The notes beneath the pieces were generated by a model that was given only the letters and a program-made list of their open reading frames with translations, did not search any database and was not told the origin of the DNA. From Gammaproteobacteria bacterium (GTDB lineage: Bacteria; Pseudomonadota; Gammaproteobacteria; VBWC01), in contig JAHFRU010000007.1 in assembly GCA_023266115.1 (NCBI GenBank), positions 9,939 through 73,938 of the forward strand: 64,000 nucleotides of DNA. The letters are read 5' to 3'. How positions within the stretch are numbered: the first letter of the stretch is position 1; each line of letters begins with the position of its first letter. The translations under genes were made by a program, and so were the position numbers. Below, in pieces: positions 1-9,287 of this stretch.

Positions 1-125
1 TGGTCGGGCCGCCTGCTGAAAAAAGCGCACTGTGTTCGTGTATCGCCCGGGCTACGCTGCCCGACACGTTTTGCGTGACCGGTATTATTGAGAATTACCA
101 AATGACGTGACAACACATCGCGACC

Positions 126-254
126 GTCATTCCGGGCGGAGCGCAGCGAAGACCCGGAATCCAGCGGTTGTGAATGGCACTGGATTCCTCGGCGGCTGTT
201 CCCGACGCCGCCCTGCCTCCGGCATCCATGCAGTCGCGCTTTCGCGGTAATGAC
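126..254. repeat. R1 composite palindromic repeat (REP/MITE-like, termini GTCATTCC...GGAATGAC)
   Basis: Hairpin cattccgggcggagcgcagcgaagacccggaatccag, then ctggattcctcggcggctgttcccgacgccgcc...gcatccatgcagtcgcgctttcgcggtaatgac. A near-identical copy lies at 2334-2460. Related copies lie near 8.4, 15.7, 22.1, 34.8, 38.0-38.3 and 49.3 kb. Confidence 0.8.
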
Positions 255-561
255 AGCCGTTGGACGTGTCATGCTTATAGGTAATTCTCGATAGTATTGG
301 TGTCACGCTCAAACAATCGACGCGGGTCATCGGGCCGCGATAAGGTCGTCGAAACGAGACACGCCGGCGGCATAGGCCCTCGCTCGATCCTCTTTCAGAC
401 CGTGCGACAGTTTCCTCGACGAGACGCTCCACATGCCATAGATCGCCCGGGATGAAAACTATCGACCACGACACGATGCCCGACAAGGATCGGCGCCACC
501 CGGAAAACCGCAGATTGCTGTCATACCGATAAATGGCGATTTGACAGTGCTTGACTCGACG

Positions 562-1353
562 CTAGGCCACCTGTCGCTTCTGACGCTGGTACAGAAACTT
601 CAGCACTTCCGAGCGATAGCGATTGTAGTCAACGTTATCTGCCAGCACGACACGGTTACGCGGGCGCCGGAGCCCGACATCCAGCACCTCACCGACCGTC
701 GCCGCCGGACCGTTGGTCATCATGACGATCCGGTCCGAGAGTAGCACGGCCTCGTCGACATCATGCGTGACCATGATGACGGTATTACCCAACCCGGCGT
801 GAATCTCCATCAGCGAGTCCTGCAAAGTCGCGCGCGTCAGCGCGTCCAGCGCGCCGAACGGCTCGTCCAGAAGCAACACCTTGGGCTGCATGGACAACGC
901 GCGCGCGATGCCGACGCGCTGTTTCATACCGCCCGAGATTTCTTGGGGCAGTTTGTGGGCGGCGGGGCTCAGGCCGACCAGTTCCAGCGCCTCCGCGACT
1001 CGTCGCTTGAGGTCGGCCTTGCTCTCCTTGCCGCCGAAGACGCGCTCCACCGCAAGGTAGACGTTGTCCGCGCACGTCAGCCACGGCAGCAGCGAATGAT
1101 TCTGGAACACCACCCCGCGTTCCGGCCCGGGCCCGGCGATCTCGCGTCCGGCGCACAGCAGCGCGCCGCCGGTCGGCGCGATCAACCCGGCGACGAGATT
1201 CAGCAGCGTAGACTTGCCGCAGCCCGAATGGCCGATGATGGAGACGAACTCGCCCTGGCTGATCGTCAGATCCACGTCCTTCAGTGCCACGTAGCGGCCC
1301 GACCGTGTGTTGAACACCATCTGCACGTTTTCTATCTGCACGTATTTACTCAT
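562..1353 (-). CDS. nrtD: Nitrate/sulfonate/bicarbonate-type ABC transporter ATP-binding protein (NrtD/NasD-like)
   Basis: 263 aa ORF. Walker [10 protein letters not shown], signature ISGGMKQR, Walker B LLLDEPF. It is the last gene of an operon with a permease and an NrtA-like binding protein under a NasT leader. Confidence 0.85.
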   Translation of the reverse strand: MSKYVQIENVQMVFNTRSGRYVALKDVDLTISQGEFVSIIGHSGCGKSTLLNLVAGLIAPTGGALLCAGREIAGPGPERGVVFQNHSLLPWLTCADNVYLAVERVFGGKESKADLKRRVAEALELVGLSPAAHKLPQEISGGMKQRVGIARALSMQPKVLLLDEPFGALDALTRATLQDSLMEIHAGLGNTVIMVTHDVDEAVLLSDRIVMMTNGPAATVGEVLDVGLRRPRNRVVLADNVDYNRYRSEVLKFLYQRQKRQVA

Positions 1354-1366
1354 GACTTCTCCACAA

Positions 1367-2257
1367 TCAGTAGTTATAGCGTCGCGCCAGCAACAGCAGC
1401 AACTGTTCCAGCACCAGGCCGATGATGCCGACGACGAAGATCGCGATGATGATGTGCTCGACGTTCAGGTTGTTCCACTCGTCCCACACCCAGAAGCCGA
1501 GACCGACACCGCCAGTCAGCATCTCCGCCGCGACGATCACCAGCCAGGCCACGCCGATGGACAGACGTATGCCTGTCATCACATAGGGCATCGTCGCCGG
1601 CAGCAAAATCGTCGTCAGGATTTTCCATTCCGACAGATTCAGCATGCGCGCGACGTTCAGATAGTCCTCCGGCACCTTGCCGACGCCGACCGCGGTGTTG
1701 ATGATCATCGGCCAGATGCTGGAGATGAAAATCACCCAGATCGCCGCCGGATCCGCCTGCTTGAACACCAGCAATCCGATCGGCAGCCACGCCAGCGGCG
1801 ACACCGGCCGCAGCAGCGAAATGATCGGCGACAGCATGCCGTTGATGAACGCCACGCGACCAATGATGAAGCCCAGCGGAATACCGATCAGCGCCGCGAG
1901 TCCGAAGCCGATGCCGACCCGCTCCAGCGAGCTGAGGATGTTCCAGCCGATGCCCTTGTCATTCGGGCCGTTGTCATAGAACGGATCGCTGAACACCTCG
2001 ACCGCCGACGTCCAGGTCTGCGCCGGCCCGGGCAGACCGTTGCCGCCACTCGCGATCAACGCCCAGACGAGCACGAACAGCGCCAGCCCGATTACACGCG
2101 GCAACGCTGTACAACCAAACCACTGGCCGACCTGCGCCACTCGCGATACGGATAGCGGCGGCGCTTCCACCGGCGGAATGATCACGGCCGTCTTCACCGC
2201 CGTCGAGTCGGCCACATGCGACGAGTCCGGCACATTCTTCATAACCACTACTGTCAC
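1367..2257 (-). CDS. nrtB: Nitrate ABC transporter permease (NrtB-like)
   Basis: 296 aa multi-TM ORF with a BPD-type permease core (EAAEMLTGG region). Tightly linked to the ATPase (13 bp gap). The exact start is uncertain. Confidence 0.85.
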   Translation of the reverse strand: MTVVVMKNVPDSSHVADSTAVKTAVIIPPVEAPPLSVSRVAQVGQWFGCTALPRVIGLALFVLVWALIASGGNGLPGPAQTWTSAVEVFSDPFYDNGPNDKGIGWNILSSLERVGIGFGLAALIGIPLGFIIGRVAFINGMLSPIISLLRPVSPLAWLPIGLLVFKQADPAAIWVIFISSIWPMIINTAVGVGKVPEDYLNVARMLNLSEWKILTTILLPATMPYVMTGIRLSIGVAWLVIVAAEMLTGGVGLGFWVWDEWNNLNVEHIIIAIFVVGIIGLVLEQLLLLLARRYNY

Positions 2258-2333
2258 GACTTAACCCTCCATACGAGAAACGACGCGCATTTATCCTCTG
2301 TCACTGCACCTTGGGAAACTATGACTAATTCAG

Positions 2334-2460
2334 CATTCCGGGCGTAGCGAAGCGAAGACCCGGAATCCAGCGGTTATTAGATGGACTGGATTCCTCGGCG
2401 GCTGTTCCCGACGCCGCCCTACCTCCTGCATCCATGCAGTCGCGCTTTCGCGGGAATGAC
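2334..2460. repeat. R1 composite palindromic repeat
   Basis: Near-identical to 126-254. Sits between nrtB and nrtA. Confidence 0.8.
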
Positions 2461-2493
2461 GATCTTTAGCTATGCCATCCTCATCGACGATTC

Positions 2494-3798
2494 TCAATTG
2501 TCAGAATTTCCCTTGATCTTGAACCCTGCGGCATACCCCTTCGGGTCCTTACCGTTCCAGACAGCGCCGTCGAACAGCTTGCTGCTGCGCATCACATCCC
2601 TGGGCACGGGCACCTTGAGCTGCGTCGCGGCCTGTTTGTAAAGATCGATCTGATTGATCTTCTTCGCCACGGCCAAATAATCCGGATCGCTTTGCAGCAG
2701 CCCCCAGCGCCGGTGCTGCGTCAGGAACCACATGCCGTCGGACAGATACGGAAAGTTCACCGCCCCGTCGTTGTAGAACTTCATGTAATCGGGATCCTGC
2801 CACTGCTTGCCGATGCCGTTGTCATAGTGCCCGAGGAAGCGTCCCTCGATCACCTCCTCCGGCGCGTTCACCCAGGACTTGCTCGAAATGACCTTGGCCA
2901 CCGATGCGCGGTTGGCCGTGGTGTCGATATACATGGACGCCTCCAGTACCGCCATGATCATCGCGCGCGTGGTATTGGGATATTTCTGTACGAACTCCAG
3001 CGTCGTGCCCAGCACCTTTTCCGGATGATCCTTCCAGATCTCCTGCGTGGTGATGGCCGTGAAGCCGATCTTGTCGGCGATCGCGCGCGCGTTCCACGGC
3101 TCGCCGACGCAGAAGCCGTCCATGTTGCCGACGCGCATGTTTGCCACCATCTGCGGCGGCGGCACGACGATGGTCTTCACGTCCGAGAACGGATTGATGC
3201 CGTGAGCGGCGAGCCAGTAGTAAAGCCACATCGCATGCGTGCCGGTGGGAAAAGTCTGCGCGAAGGTGTAATCGCGCTTCTCGGCATCCACCAGCTTCTT
3301 GAGCGACGCGCCGTCAGTAACACCTTTATCCTTGAGAGGATTGGCGAGCGTGATGGCCTGACCGTTATTGTTGAGGCACATCAACGTGGCCATATCCTTC
3401 TGCTGGCCGCCGATGCCCAGCGTCACGCCATAGATCAGACCATAAAGCACGTGCGCCGCATCCAGCTCGCCACTCACCAGCTTGTCGCGCACCGCGGCCC
3501 AGCTTGCCTCCTTGGACACGGTGACGTTGAGACCATATTTCTTGAACAGCCCCAGTTCACCCGCCATCACCACGCTGGCGCAATCGGTCAGCGGGATGAA
3601 ACCGATCTTCAGATCCGTCTTCTCCGGCGCGTCCGAGCCCGCCGCCCAGGCCGCGCCGCGCAGACCCGGCGGCGCCATCGACATCAGCCCAAAACTACCG
3701 AGCAGCGCGCCGCCGGTCCTGAGAAAATCACGCCGCGACACACCGGGCCGGGCATCCTGCTGATCTGACGGTTGCGGATCTTTCTTGTCACTGCTCAT
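2494..3798 (-). CDS. nrtA: Nitrate ABC transporter periplasmic substrate-binding protein (NrtA/NMT1-like, Tat signal)
   Basis: Twin-arginine signal SRRDFLRTGGALLG and an NrtA-like body. I prefer the ATG at 3798 because GAGGAG lies 6 nt upstream. The ORF track extends to a GTG at 3819. Confidence 0.85.
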   Translation of the reverse strand: MSSDKKDPQPSDQQDARPGVSRRDFLRTGGALLGSFGLMSMAPPGLRGAAWAAGSDAPEKTDLKIGFIPLTDCASVVMAGELGLFKKYGLNVTVSKEASWAAVRDKLVSGELDAAHVLYGLIYGVTLGIGGQQKDMATLMCLNNNGQAITLANPLKDKGVTDGASLKKLVDAEKRDYTFAQTFPTGTHAMWLYYWLAAHGINPFSDVKTIVVPPPQMVANMRVGNMDGFCVGEPWNARAIADKIGFTAITTQEIWKDHPEKVLGTTLEFVQKYPNTTRAMIMAVLEASMYIDTTANRASVAKVISSKSWVNAPEEVIEGRFLGHYDNGIGKQWQDPDYMKFYNDGAVNFPYLSDGMWFLTQHRRWGLLQSDPDYLAVAKKINQIDLYKQAATQLKVPVPRDVMRSSKLFDGAVWNGKDPKGYAAGFKIKGNSDN

Positions 3799-3825
3799 CG
3801 CATACTCTCCTCTAGTCACATTCCG

Positions 3826-3876
3826 AAAAAAAAGCGCCCCTGTCGCAGGATCACACGATCCCGAAGCAGGGGCGCC
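3826..3876 (-). terminator. Intrinsic terminator in the nrtA leader (target of NasT antitermination)
   Basis: On the minus strand: GCGCCCCUG...(inner hairpin GGGAUCGUGUGAUCC)...CAGGGGCGC followed by U8. It lies directly upstream of the nrtA RBS. Confidence 0.8.
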
Positions 3877-3888
3877 TTTGCCCGATAC

Positions 3889-3947
3889 GGACAGATCGCC
3901 ATTGATCCGTCCTGATGTCTGTCTTGCGCGGCTCGCCGTTGAGCCGC
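3889..3947 (-). promoter_or_regulatory. ANTAR dual-hairpin RNA motif (two stem-loops with hexaloops AACGGC and AAUGGC)
   Basis: On the minus strand: GCGGCUC-AACGGC-GAGCCGC (3928-3947) and GGACGGAUC-AAUGGC-GAUCUGUCC (3889-3912). Both hexaloops carry A at position 1 and G at position 4, as in described ANTAR targets. The motif lies between nasT and the leader terminator. Confidence 0.75.
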
Positions 3948-3960
3948 CGTAAAGGTACTG

Positions 3961-4524
3961 TCAACCTAACAGTTCAGCCGCCGTCACGATGCCTCTGGCG
4001 ATGTCATACAGCCGCTGATTCGAGTTCATCGCCACCCGACGCAGCGCGCGATAGGCCTCTTCTTCGGTGGCCCCACGCTGTTTCATGACGATACCCTTGG
4101 CGCGTTCGATCAACTTGCGCTCGGTGAGCTGCACCTGCATCTGATGCATTTCGCGCCGATGCCGCCCATTTTCGTCGTGCCTGACCCTGGCCATCTCCAG
4201 TATCAATGCAATGTTTCCAGCCGCCATGTCGCGTGTCACACACATCGCGACGCCTGCCCGGGCGGCATCCACGATCTGTTTCCTGTCCAGGCGGACCGAG
4301 ATCACCACCACCGGCAAGGGATACTGCTGGATAAAGATCCGCAGCGTCTCCAGCAGAGACATATCGATATCACCCACATGGCAGACCAGCAGCTCCACAC
4401 CGATTTTCTCCGCCGCGGCCCTCAGCTCCGGCAACGATTTCACGACCACCACATCGCCACCCGACGCCAGTTCCTTTTCCAGCATCACGTCATCCATCTC
4501 GCACGGATCGTATAACAACAACAT
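3961..4524 (-). CDS. nasT: ANTAR-domain response-regulator-like antiterminator (NasT)
   Basis: C-terminal ANTAR sequence ERKLIERAKGIVMKQRGATEEEAYRALRRVAMNSNQRLYDIA and an N-terminal receiver-like domain. I prefer the ATG at 4524 (AGAGG 7 nt upstream). The ORF track starts at 4548. Confidence 0.85.
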   Translation of the reverse strand: MLLLYDPCEMDDVMLEKELASGGDVVVVKSLPELRAAAEKIGVELLVCHVGDIDMSLLETLRIFIQQYPLPVVVISVRLDRKQIVDAARAGVAMCVTRDMAAGNIALILEMARVRHDENGRHRREMHQMQVQLTERKLIERAKGIVMKQRGATEEEAYRALRRVAMNSNQRLYDIARGIVTAAELLG

Positions 4525-4575
4525 GGAGCACCTCTTTGCGTTTGGCATATCTGGGCAACTATCCGGATCGTTCTA

Positions 4576-5799
4576 TCAAAATGATGTGCCTGTCCATAGC
4601 CAGATCTTGTCGGTGTCGACGGAAAAACCGTCGGTGCTGTAACCGGCGTACTTGACGCCGACGCTGTAGTCCTTAGCGAGTTTCGTGGCCGCCAGCAGAT
4701 CGATCTCCGATCCGTAGTCCGCGCCACCCTGGTCGGCGGTGAAGTCGTGATAGACAGCCGCCACCTTGACGCCGCTGAGCGTCGACTCGACCGAGAAATA
4801 CAGATCCTCAAGTCCATTGACCGGCGTCGTCAGAAACTTGTCCGCCCAGCCGTTGAACGCGTGCTTGGTCGCGAGCGGCGTCTGGAACGCATACACACCG
4901 TCGCCCGACAGCACTTCATAACCGACCTTGATCGTGCTCGCGCCGATGCCCGCACCGGCCTCCACCAGCAGGTAGTCCGCATCGACAGTCGACGGTGCAT
5001 CTGCGTAGTCCGATTGGCTCGCGTATTCGACCGCGTACACAGTCTTGACGCCTTCCGACACCGCGGTGGAACCATTGAACCGCGCGCCGAGCGTCTGCGT
5101 ATCGGTCGCCGTTTCGAAATCGAACAGATAGGCATAGGCTGTCAGCGTACCGGCCTTGAGACCGCCGTAAGACACGTTGATCAGGTGCAGCGCGTCGGAC
5201 TCCAGATTCGCGCCGGTAATCGTGTTCACGTTGGTGAGATAGGCGTAGTTCAGCGTGGTATCGGCAAGCGACTTGTTGACGATGGAAAAGCCGTCAAAGG
5301 TCTGTTCATTCTGTCGCCAGCCGACATTACCGATAAAACGCGCGTTGTCGTAGATGATCCGCTGTCTGCCCAACCGAATTTTAGTGGCGGCGACGCCGGC
5401 ATATTCAAGAAACGCCTGATTGACCTCGGTGCCCGCCGGATCGGACACAACCGGATAGCCGGTCTTGCCGTTCACGCTGCTATTGTAGCGCTCGGTGCCG
5501 ACCACCGAGATATCCTCGAATTCGATAAACGCGCCGGCGTCGTACCACGGCTTCGTCGCATAGCCCAGCGCAGTGCGCAGCGTCGATGCACCGGCCTGCT
5601 GCGTCAGCCCGTCCTGATCCACGTATTCGTACCGGTAGCGGAGATCGGCGCTCGCTTTTCCTTCGGTGATCGCCTGACGAAACGTATCGGCGGAGACCGC
5701 CGCCGGCAGCGCTATCGATGCACCGGCAACCGCCAATGATAATAAACTTCCTGTCCTGCCCTTCTGCCTGTATGAGTGGTTCATCATGTTCCCCTGCAA
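4576..5799 (-). CDS. Outer-membrane porin, alginate-export (AlgE-like) beta-barrel family
   Basis: 407 aa. Signal peptide ...SIALPAAVSA, DLRYRYEYVDQDG motif, aromatic C-terminus ...WTGTSF. Paralog of 9288-10442. Confidence 0.75.
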   Translation of the reverse strand: MQGNMMNHSYRQKGRTGSLLSLAVAGASIALPAAVSADTFRQAITEGKASADLRYRYEYVDQDGLTQQAGASTLRTALGYATKPWYDAGAFIEFEDISVVGTERYNSSVNGKTGYPVVSDPAGTEVNQAFLEYAGVAATKIRLGRQRIIYDNARFIGNVGWRQNEQTFDGFSIVNKSLADTTLNYAYLTNVNTITGANLESDALHLINVSYGGLKAGTLTAYAYLFDFETATDTQTLGARFNGSTAVSEGVKTVYAVEYASQSDYADAPSTVDADYLLVEAGAGIGASTIKVGYEVLSGDGVYAFQTPLATKHAFNGWADKFLTTPVNGLEDLYFSVESTLSGVKVAAVYHDFTADQGGADYGSEIDLLAATKLAKDYSVGVKYAGYSTDGFSVDTDKIWLWTGTSF

Positions 5800-6291
5800 A
5801 GTCGCACCATTGAATCAGTCACGTGTTGCGCACACGCGGGACCCGGTCTGCGCATCACGCCCACTGCCCGTCGCTGCGGCGTCGTTGCCGGGAGATGCGT
5901 CACTGCATCCGTCCAGAGCAGGCACTACGTATCCGTCATCCGGATGAACGGGCATTGCCAGATGTGTGCCAAGACTACGAGGTAGCACTATTTCGCAGGA
6001 AATACGCTGTTTCCCGGCTGAAACGGCCTGGTGCGATGCCGCGGTTGCACCACAACTGTTACGTCCGAAGATCAAAAGATCGCTCGTGGTGCAGACCGAC
6101 ATGCCTGGGAATTCGATGCAACGGGGCGAGTTCCAGTCGTACGGGCCGGCCTCCCCGGTAATATTTCACAGCGCGACTGTGCCTAATCTCATCGCCGCTA
6201 CCGTCGTCAATCACGACAATGTCCCCCGTACCGCAACAGATGCGGCAATCAACCCGGCCAACGGGAACCACAACTTCGGGAGATCGGAATC

Positions 6292-7194
6292 ATGTCACAA
6301 CTAGCGCTTAAACAAGTCGACACCAGCTGGACGCCGCCGGCGAAGGAATACCTGGACCGGAAGTTTCGTATCGAAGCGGAACTGAACCACCAGGGATCGC
6401 GCCTGGAGAAGCTGAACAAGCTTTCCTCCATCCTCGAGAACCTGCCGTCGGACCGCATCTCGCGGGAAGCCGCGAAGCTGGAACAGGCGCTCAAGGGCGT
6501 ACACGGCTTTACCAAGGCCATCCTTGACCACATGCAGAAGCTGCACAAGGACTACGAGAAGGCGGTCATGAAGCTGGCGCTGACCGGCAAGGTCTCCAAG
6601 CAGGGCTATACCAACTACCTGGTACAGGGCTGGTATCACACCCGCTACACGCCGACCTTCGAGCGCCTGTTTACCGATCGCCTCGCCGGTCACATGCGGG
6701 ACAACGGCGTCTCCATGTCGCATGTCGATTCCCAGGAAAACAAGTTCATGAAAATGCTGGACCACGACATCGACGAAGAGGAAGGTCATGAGCTCTGGGC
6801 ACTGCAGGACATTCTGCATATGGGAAAACGCGATGCGATCGACGTCTACAGCGATGTCTATCCTGAAACCAAGGCGCTGGTCGCGATCCAGTTTGACCGC
6901 CTGGCACGCAAGCCGTTTGTCGGGTTTCTCGGCTACTCGTTCTACCTCGAGTTCTTCATCGCCCAGCACTCACCGAAGTTCGTCAAGCTGCTGACCAAGC
7001 TGTTCAACTCGGATCGCTCGGACAACGCGTTCATCTACTACCACTACCTCGTCGACCAGGGCCACTCCATCGACAACATCGAGGTGCTGAACACGCTCGT
7101 TACCACCGAGGAGGACTACCGCGAGGTGATCGATCACATGAACACCGTGCACATGCTCTACAAAGGGCTGTCGCTGCGTTCGTTCGAGTCATAG
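6292..7194 (+). CDS. Heme-oxygenase-like di-iron (HDO / CADD / 'iron-containing redox enzyme') family protein with N-terminal coiled extension
   Basis: 300 aa. Contains DEEEGHELW (E..H) and HYLVDQGH (H-x3-D-x2-H). This spacing matches the carboxylate/histidine ligand pattern of CADD-type di-iron proteins. Confidence 0.6.
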   Translation: MSQLALKQVDTSWTPPAKEYLDRKFRIEAELNHQGSRLEKLNKLSSILENLPSDRISREAAKLEQALKGVHGFTKAILDHMQKLHKDYEKAVMKLALTGKVSKQGYTNYLVQGWYHTRYTPTFERLFTDRLAGHMRDNGVSMSHVDSQENKFMKMLDHDIDEEEGHELWALQDILHMGKRDAIDVYSDVYPETKALVAIQFDRLARKPFVGFLGYSFYLEFFIAQHSPKFVKLLTKLFNSDRSDNAFIYYHYLVDQGHSIDNIEVLNTLVTTEEDYREVIDHMNTVHMLYKGLSLRSFES

Positions 7195-7256
7195 GCAATC
7201 GTACGGGGCGGCGGTCCAGGCTCGCCGCCCAGTTAACGACACAGGGAGTTATCGCA

Positions 7257-7973
7257 ATGTTACGCCAACTCACGCAGGAACCCGGCAACAAGGTACAAAT
7301 CCATATTGTCGAACCCGGCACGCCACTGTTTCAACAAGGACGCGCGCTGGCCAAATCCGCCTACCATGACATCTGGGGCACCAAAAAAATGTCGGACGAT
7401 TACGATGCGGGTATCGTGATCGTCGCCGACGACGAGGTCGTGGCGAATCTGAATATACGCCTGCGCGACAACCACCGCCTGTTGCCCAGCGAGCGGTTCT
7501 TCCGGCCAAAACACTGGCAGGACTATTTCGACGGCAATCCGTTGAAGGTCGCCGAGATGTGCAGCCTGGCAGTCGACAAGCACTGCAACGGCCCGGTACG
7601 GGCGGTCGCGTTCGCCGGCCTGATCATCGGCAGCCATATTATCGCCAACGCACATGGCCTGGATCTTTACACCACGGTACAGCGCGACTTTCTGATCAAG
7701 CGCCTGCAAAAGGCCTATCAGTACAAATTTATCGCCAACGAAGTCATCAAGGAACCCTGTGCCGATGTGCCGGATGACCGCTACTGGTCACAGAACCCTC
7801 TGCCGCGGCTTTACTATGTCTATCCGCAGGACATGCAGACGGTCATGGCGAGCTTCCGGCTGATCTGCGATCTGATATGCAACGACGTCGGCATCTACTA
7901 TCTGAACCGGGCGCATTCGCCGGCCGAGATAGGCGATTCGTTCATGGCGCCTGTAACAGCGGCGGTCGCCTAG
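7257..7973 (+). CDS. GNAT-fold acyltransferase, FeeM N-acyl-amino-acid-synthase / thermostable-hemolysin-like
   Basis: 238 aa. By eye the layout (...VAEMCSLAVDK..., ...YTTVQRDFLIKRL..., ...DDRYWSQNPLPRLYYV) resembles the T_hemolysin/FeeM family. The assignment rests on recalled family features only. Confidence 0.45.
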   Translation: MLRQLTQEPGNKVQIHIVEPGTPLFQQGRALAKSAYHDIWGTKKMSDDYDAGIVIVADDEVVANLNIRLRDNHRLLPSERFFRPKHWQDYFDGNPLKVAEMCSLAVDKHCNGPVRAVAFAGLIIGSHIIANAHGLDLYTTVQRDFLIKRLQKAYQYKFIANEVIKEPCADVPDDRYWSQNPLPRLYYVYPQDMQTVMASFRLICDLICNDVGIYYLNRAHSPAEIGDSFMAPVTAAVA

Positions 7974-8255
7974 ATGAACGGGACCGCGGGGCCGGAACTG
8001 ACCATACAGGACCGATTGCTGGTACGCGATCTGCGCAACCAGTCGGTGCGAATTGCGTCGATGTATCTAGCTATCGCCGTGATTGCTGCCACCGGCCTCG
8101 GACTCGCCGCGCCACACTCCGCATCGGGCATGGCAGGAATGTTTCTGTGTGGCGCGCTCGCCGGACTGGCCATCGAAAAACTCGTCACGCGGCGCATCCG
8201 GCAAGTCGCCTGGCAGCTCTACGTCGATAGCGGCCGCCGCTTTCCGGGAGAGTGA
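7974..8255 (+). CDS. Small membrane protein (two predicted TM helices)
   Basis: 93 aa. The ATG directly abuts the stop of the upstream gene. Hydrophobic segments IASMYLAIAVIAATGLGLAA and MAGMFLCGALAGLAI. Confidence 0.45.
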   Translation: MNGTAGPELTIQDRLLVRDLRNQSVRIASMYLAIAVIAATGLGLAAPHSASGMAGMFLCGALAGLAIEKLVTRRIRQVAWQLYVDSGRRFPGE

Positions 8256-8298
8256 TGCCATGCGGTTTGGCAAGCAATCAGTCGCAGGATGCAGTGAG

Positions 8299-8455
8299 GA
8301 ACGAACCGCATCGTTCGCGACCGATGCGGTTCACTACGTTCGCCGCATCCTACGCTCCGATGCAATCCATCTTTGTCATTCCAGCGAAAGCTGGAATCCA
8401 GTCCCACTAATAGCAATGGATGCCGGGTCTCCGCTACGCTCCGCCCGGAATGACG
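8299..8455. repeat. Palindromic repeats (R2 hairpin gaaccgcatcg...cgatgcggttc plus R1-type hairpins)
   Basis: gaaccgcatcgttcgcgaccgatgcggttc recurs at about 15268-15305. The R1-type units are gtcattccagcgaaagctggaatccag and gggtctccgctacgctccgcccggaatgac. Confidence 0.7.
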
Positions 8456-8486
8456 GGCTAGCCATGGGTTTCACAAGTAACGGAAA

Positions 8487-9227
8487 ATGGGTCAAGCGAT
8501 GAATACAGAAAAAGTTCCACCGAAAATCTACTGCAACGTCCGCGAAGCCCAATTTGTCACGACCGACGTTATCCAGCTGTTTCTGCGTCCTGGCTCCGGC
8601 CAACGGTTGACGTATCGTGCCGGCCAGTACGTGAAGCTACATCTGACTAATGAACTGGTTCTGCCGATTTCGATTGCCAGCGCGCCGGAACAGCGCGGCG
8701 ACATCGAATTGCACATCAAAATCAAACGCAGCAGCGACGCCTTCAACGAGCTGTTTCGCCAGGCCGTGGTCGACGGAGTGCTCGTCATCAGCGGACCTTA
8801 CGGTAGTTGTACGCTCGACCCCACGTCGCGCCGGCCCTTGATACTGCTGGCCGCCGGCACCGGCTTCGGCCAGATCAAGGCGCTCGCCGAAGACGCGCTG
8901 CAGAAATCCGATGGCCGTGGTATCCACCTCTATTGGGGCGCACGCCGGGAGCAGGACCTCTACATGTTACCGTTGCTGGAACGCTGGGCCAGTCGCTGCG
9001 CCTCATTCCGCTACACGCCGGTCTTGTCGAACGATGGCGATGCACAGCGCTGGCAAGGCAAAACCGGCTATGTCCAGGACGCGGTACTGCAGGAAGTCAG
9101 CGATATCGCGGATCACGAGGTATACGCAAGCGGCCCGCGCGAAATGGTACTGGCGGCATACCAGGCGTTATCCGCGCAAGGATTGTCCCGGCCCTATATA
9201 CATGCCGACGCCCTGCCTGCCGCGTGA
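8487..9227 (+). CDS. fre: NAD(P)H-flavin reductase (Fre / FNR-like two-domain oxidoreductase)
   Basis: 246 aa. It is co-linear with E. coli Fre as I recall it. Motifs: RAGQYVKL, ISIAS, GPYG, LLAAGTGFG, YWGAR. The start may be the internal MNTEK. Confidence 0.75.
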   Translation: MGQAMNTEKVPPKIYCNVREAQFVTTDVIQLFLRPGSGQRLTYRAGQYVKLHLTNELVLPISIASAPEQRGDIELHIKIKRSSDAFNELFRQAVVDGVLVISGPYGSCTLDPTSRRPLILLAAGTGFGQIKALAEDALQKSDGRGIHLYWGARREQDLYMLPLLERWASRCASFRYTPVLSNDGDAQRWQGKTGYVQDAVLQEVSDIADHEVYASGPREMVLAAYQALSAQGLSRPYIHADALPAA

Positions 9228-9287
9228 CCGCCGATCAAGCGCCCCGGCAAAAACTTTTCCATTGCTGCCGCGCTTTCGCCATCACAT

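Noticed and set aside
127-486. 119-aa ORF at the window start.
   Set aside because: It is largely a read-through of the R1 palindromic repeat (126-254). It has no RBS and no recognisable domain.
5800-6290. Several overlapping 70-112 aa ORFs on both strands in the porin/HDO intergenic region.
   Set aside because: None has an RBS, a coherent composition or recognisable motifs. This is probably promoter or regulatory DNA for the divergent genes.
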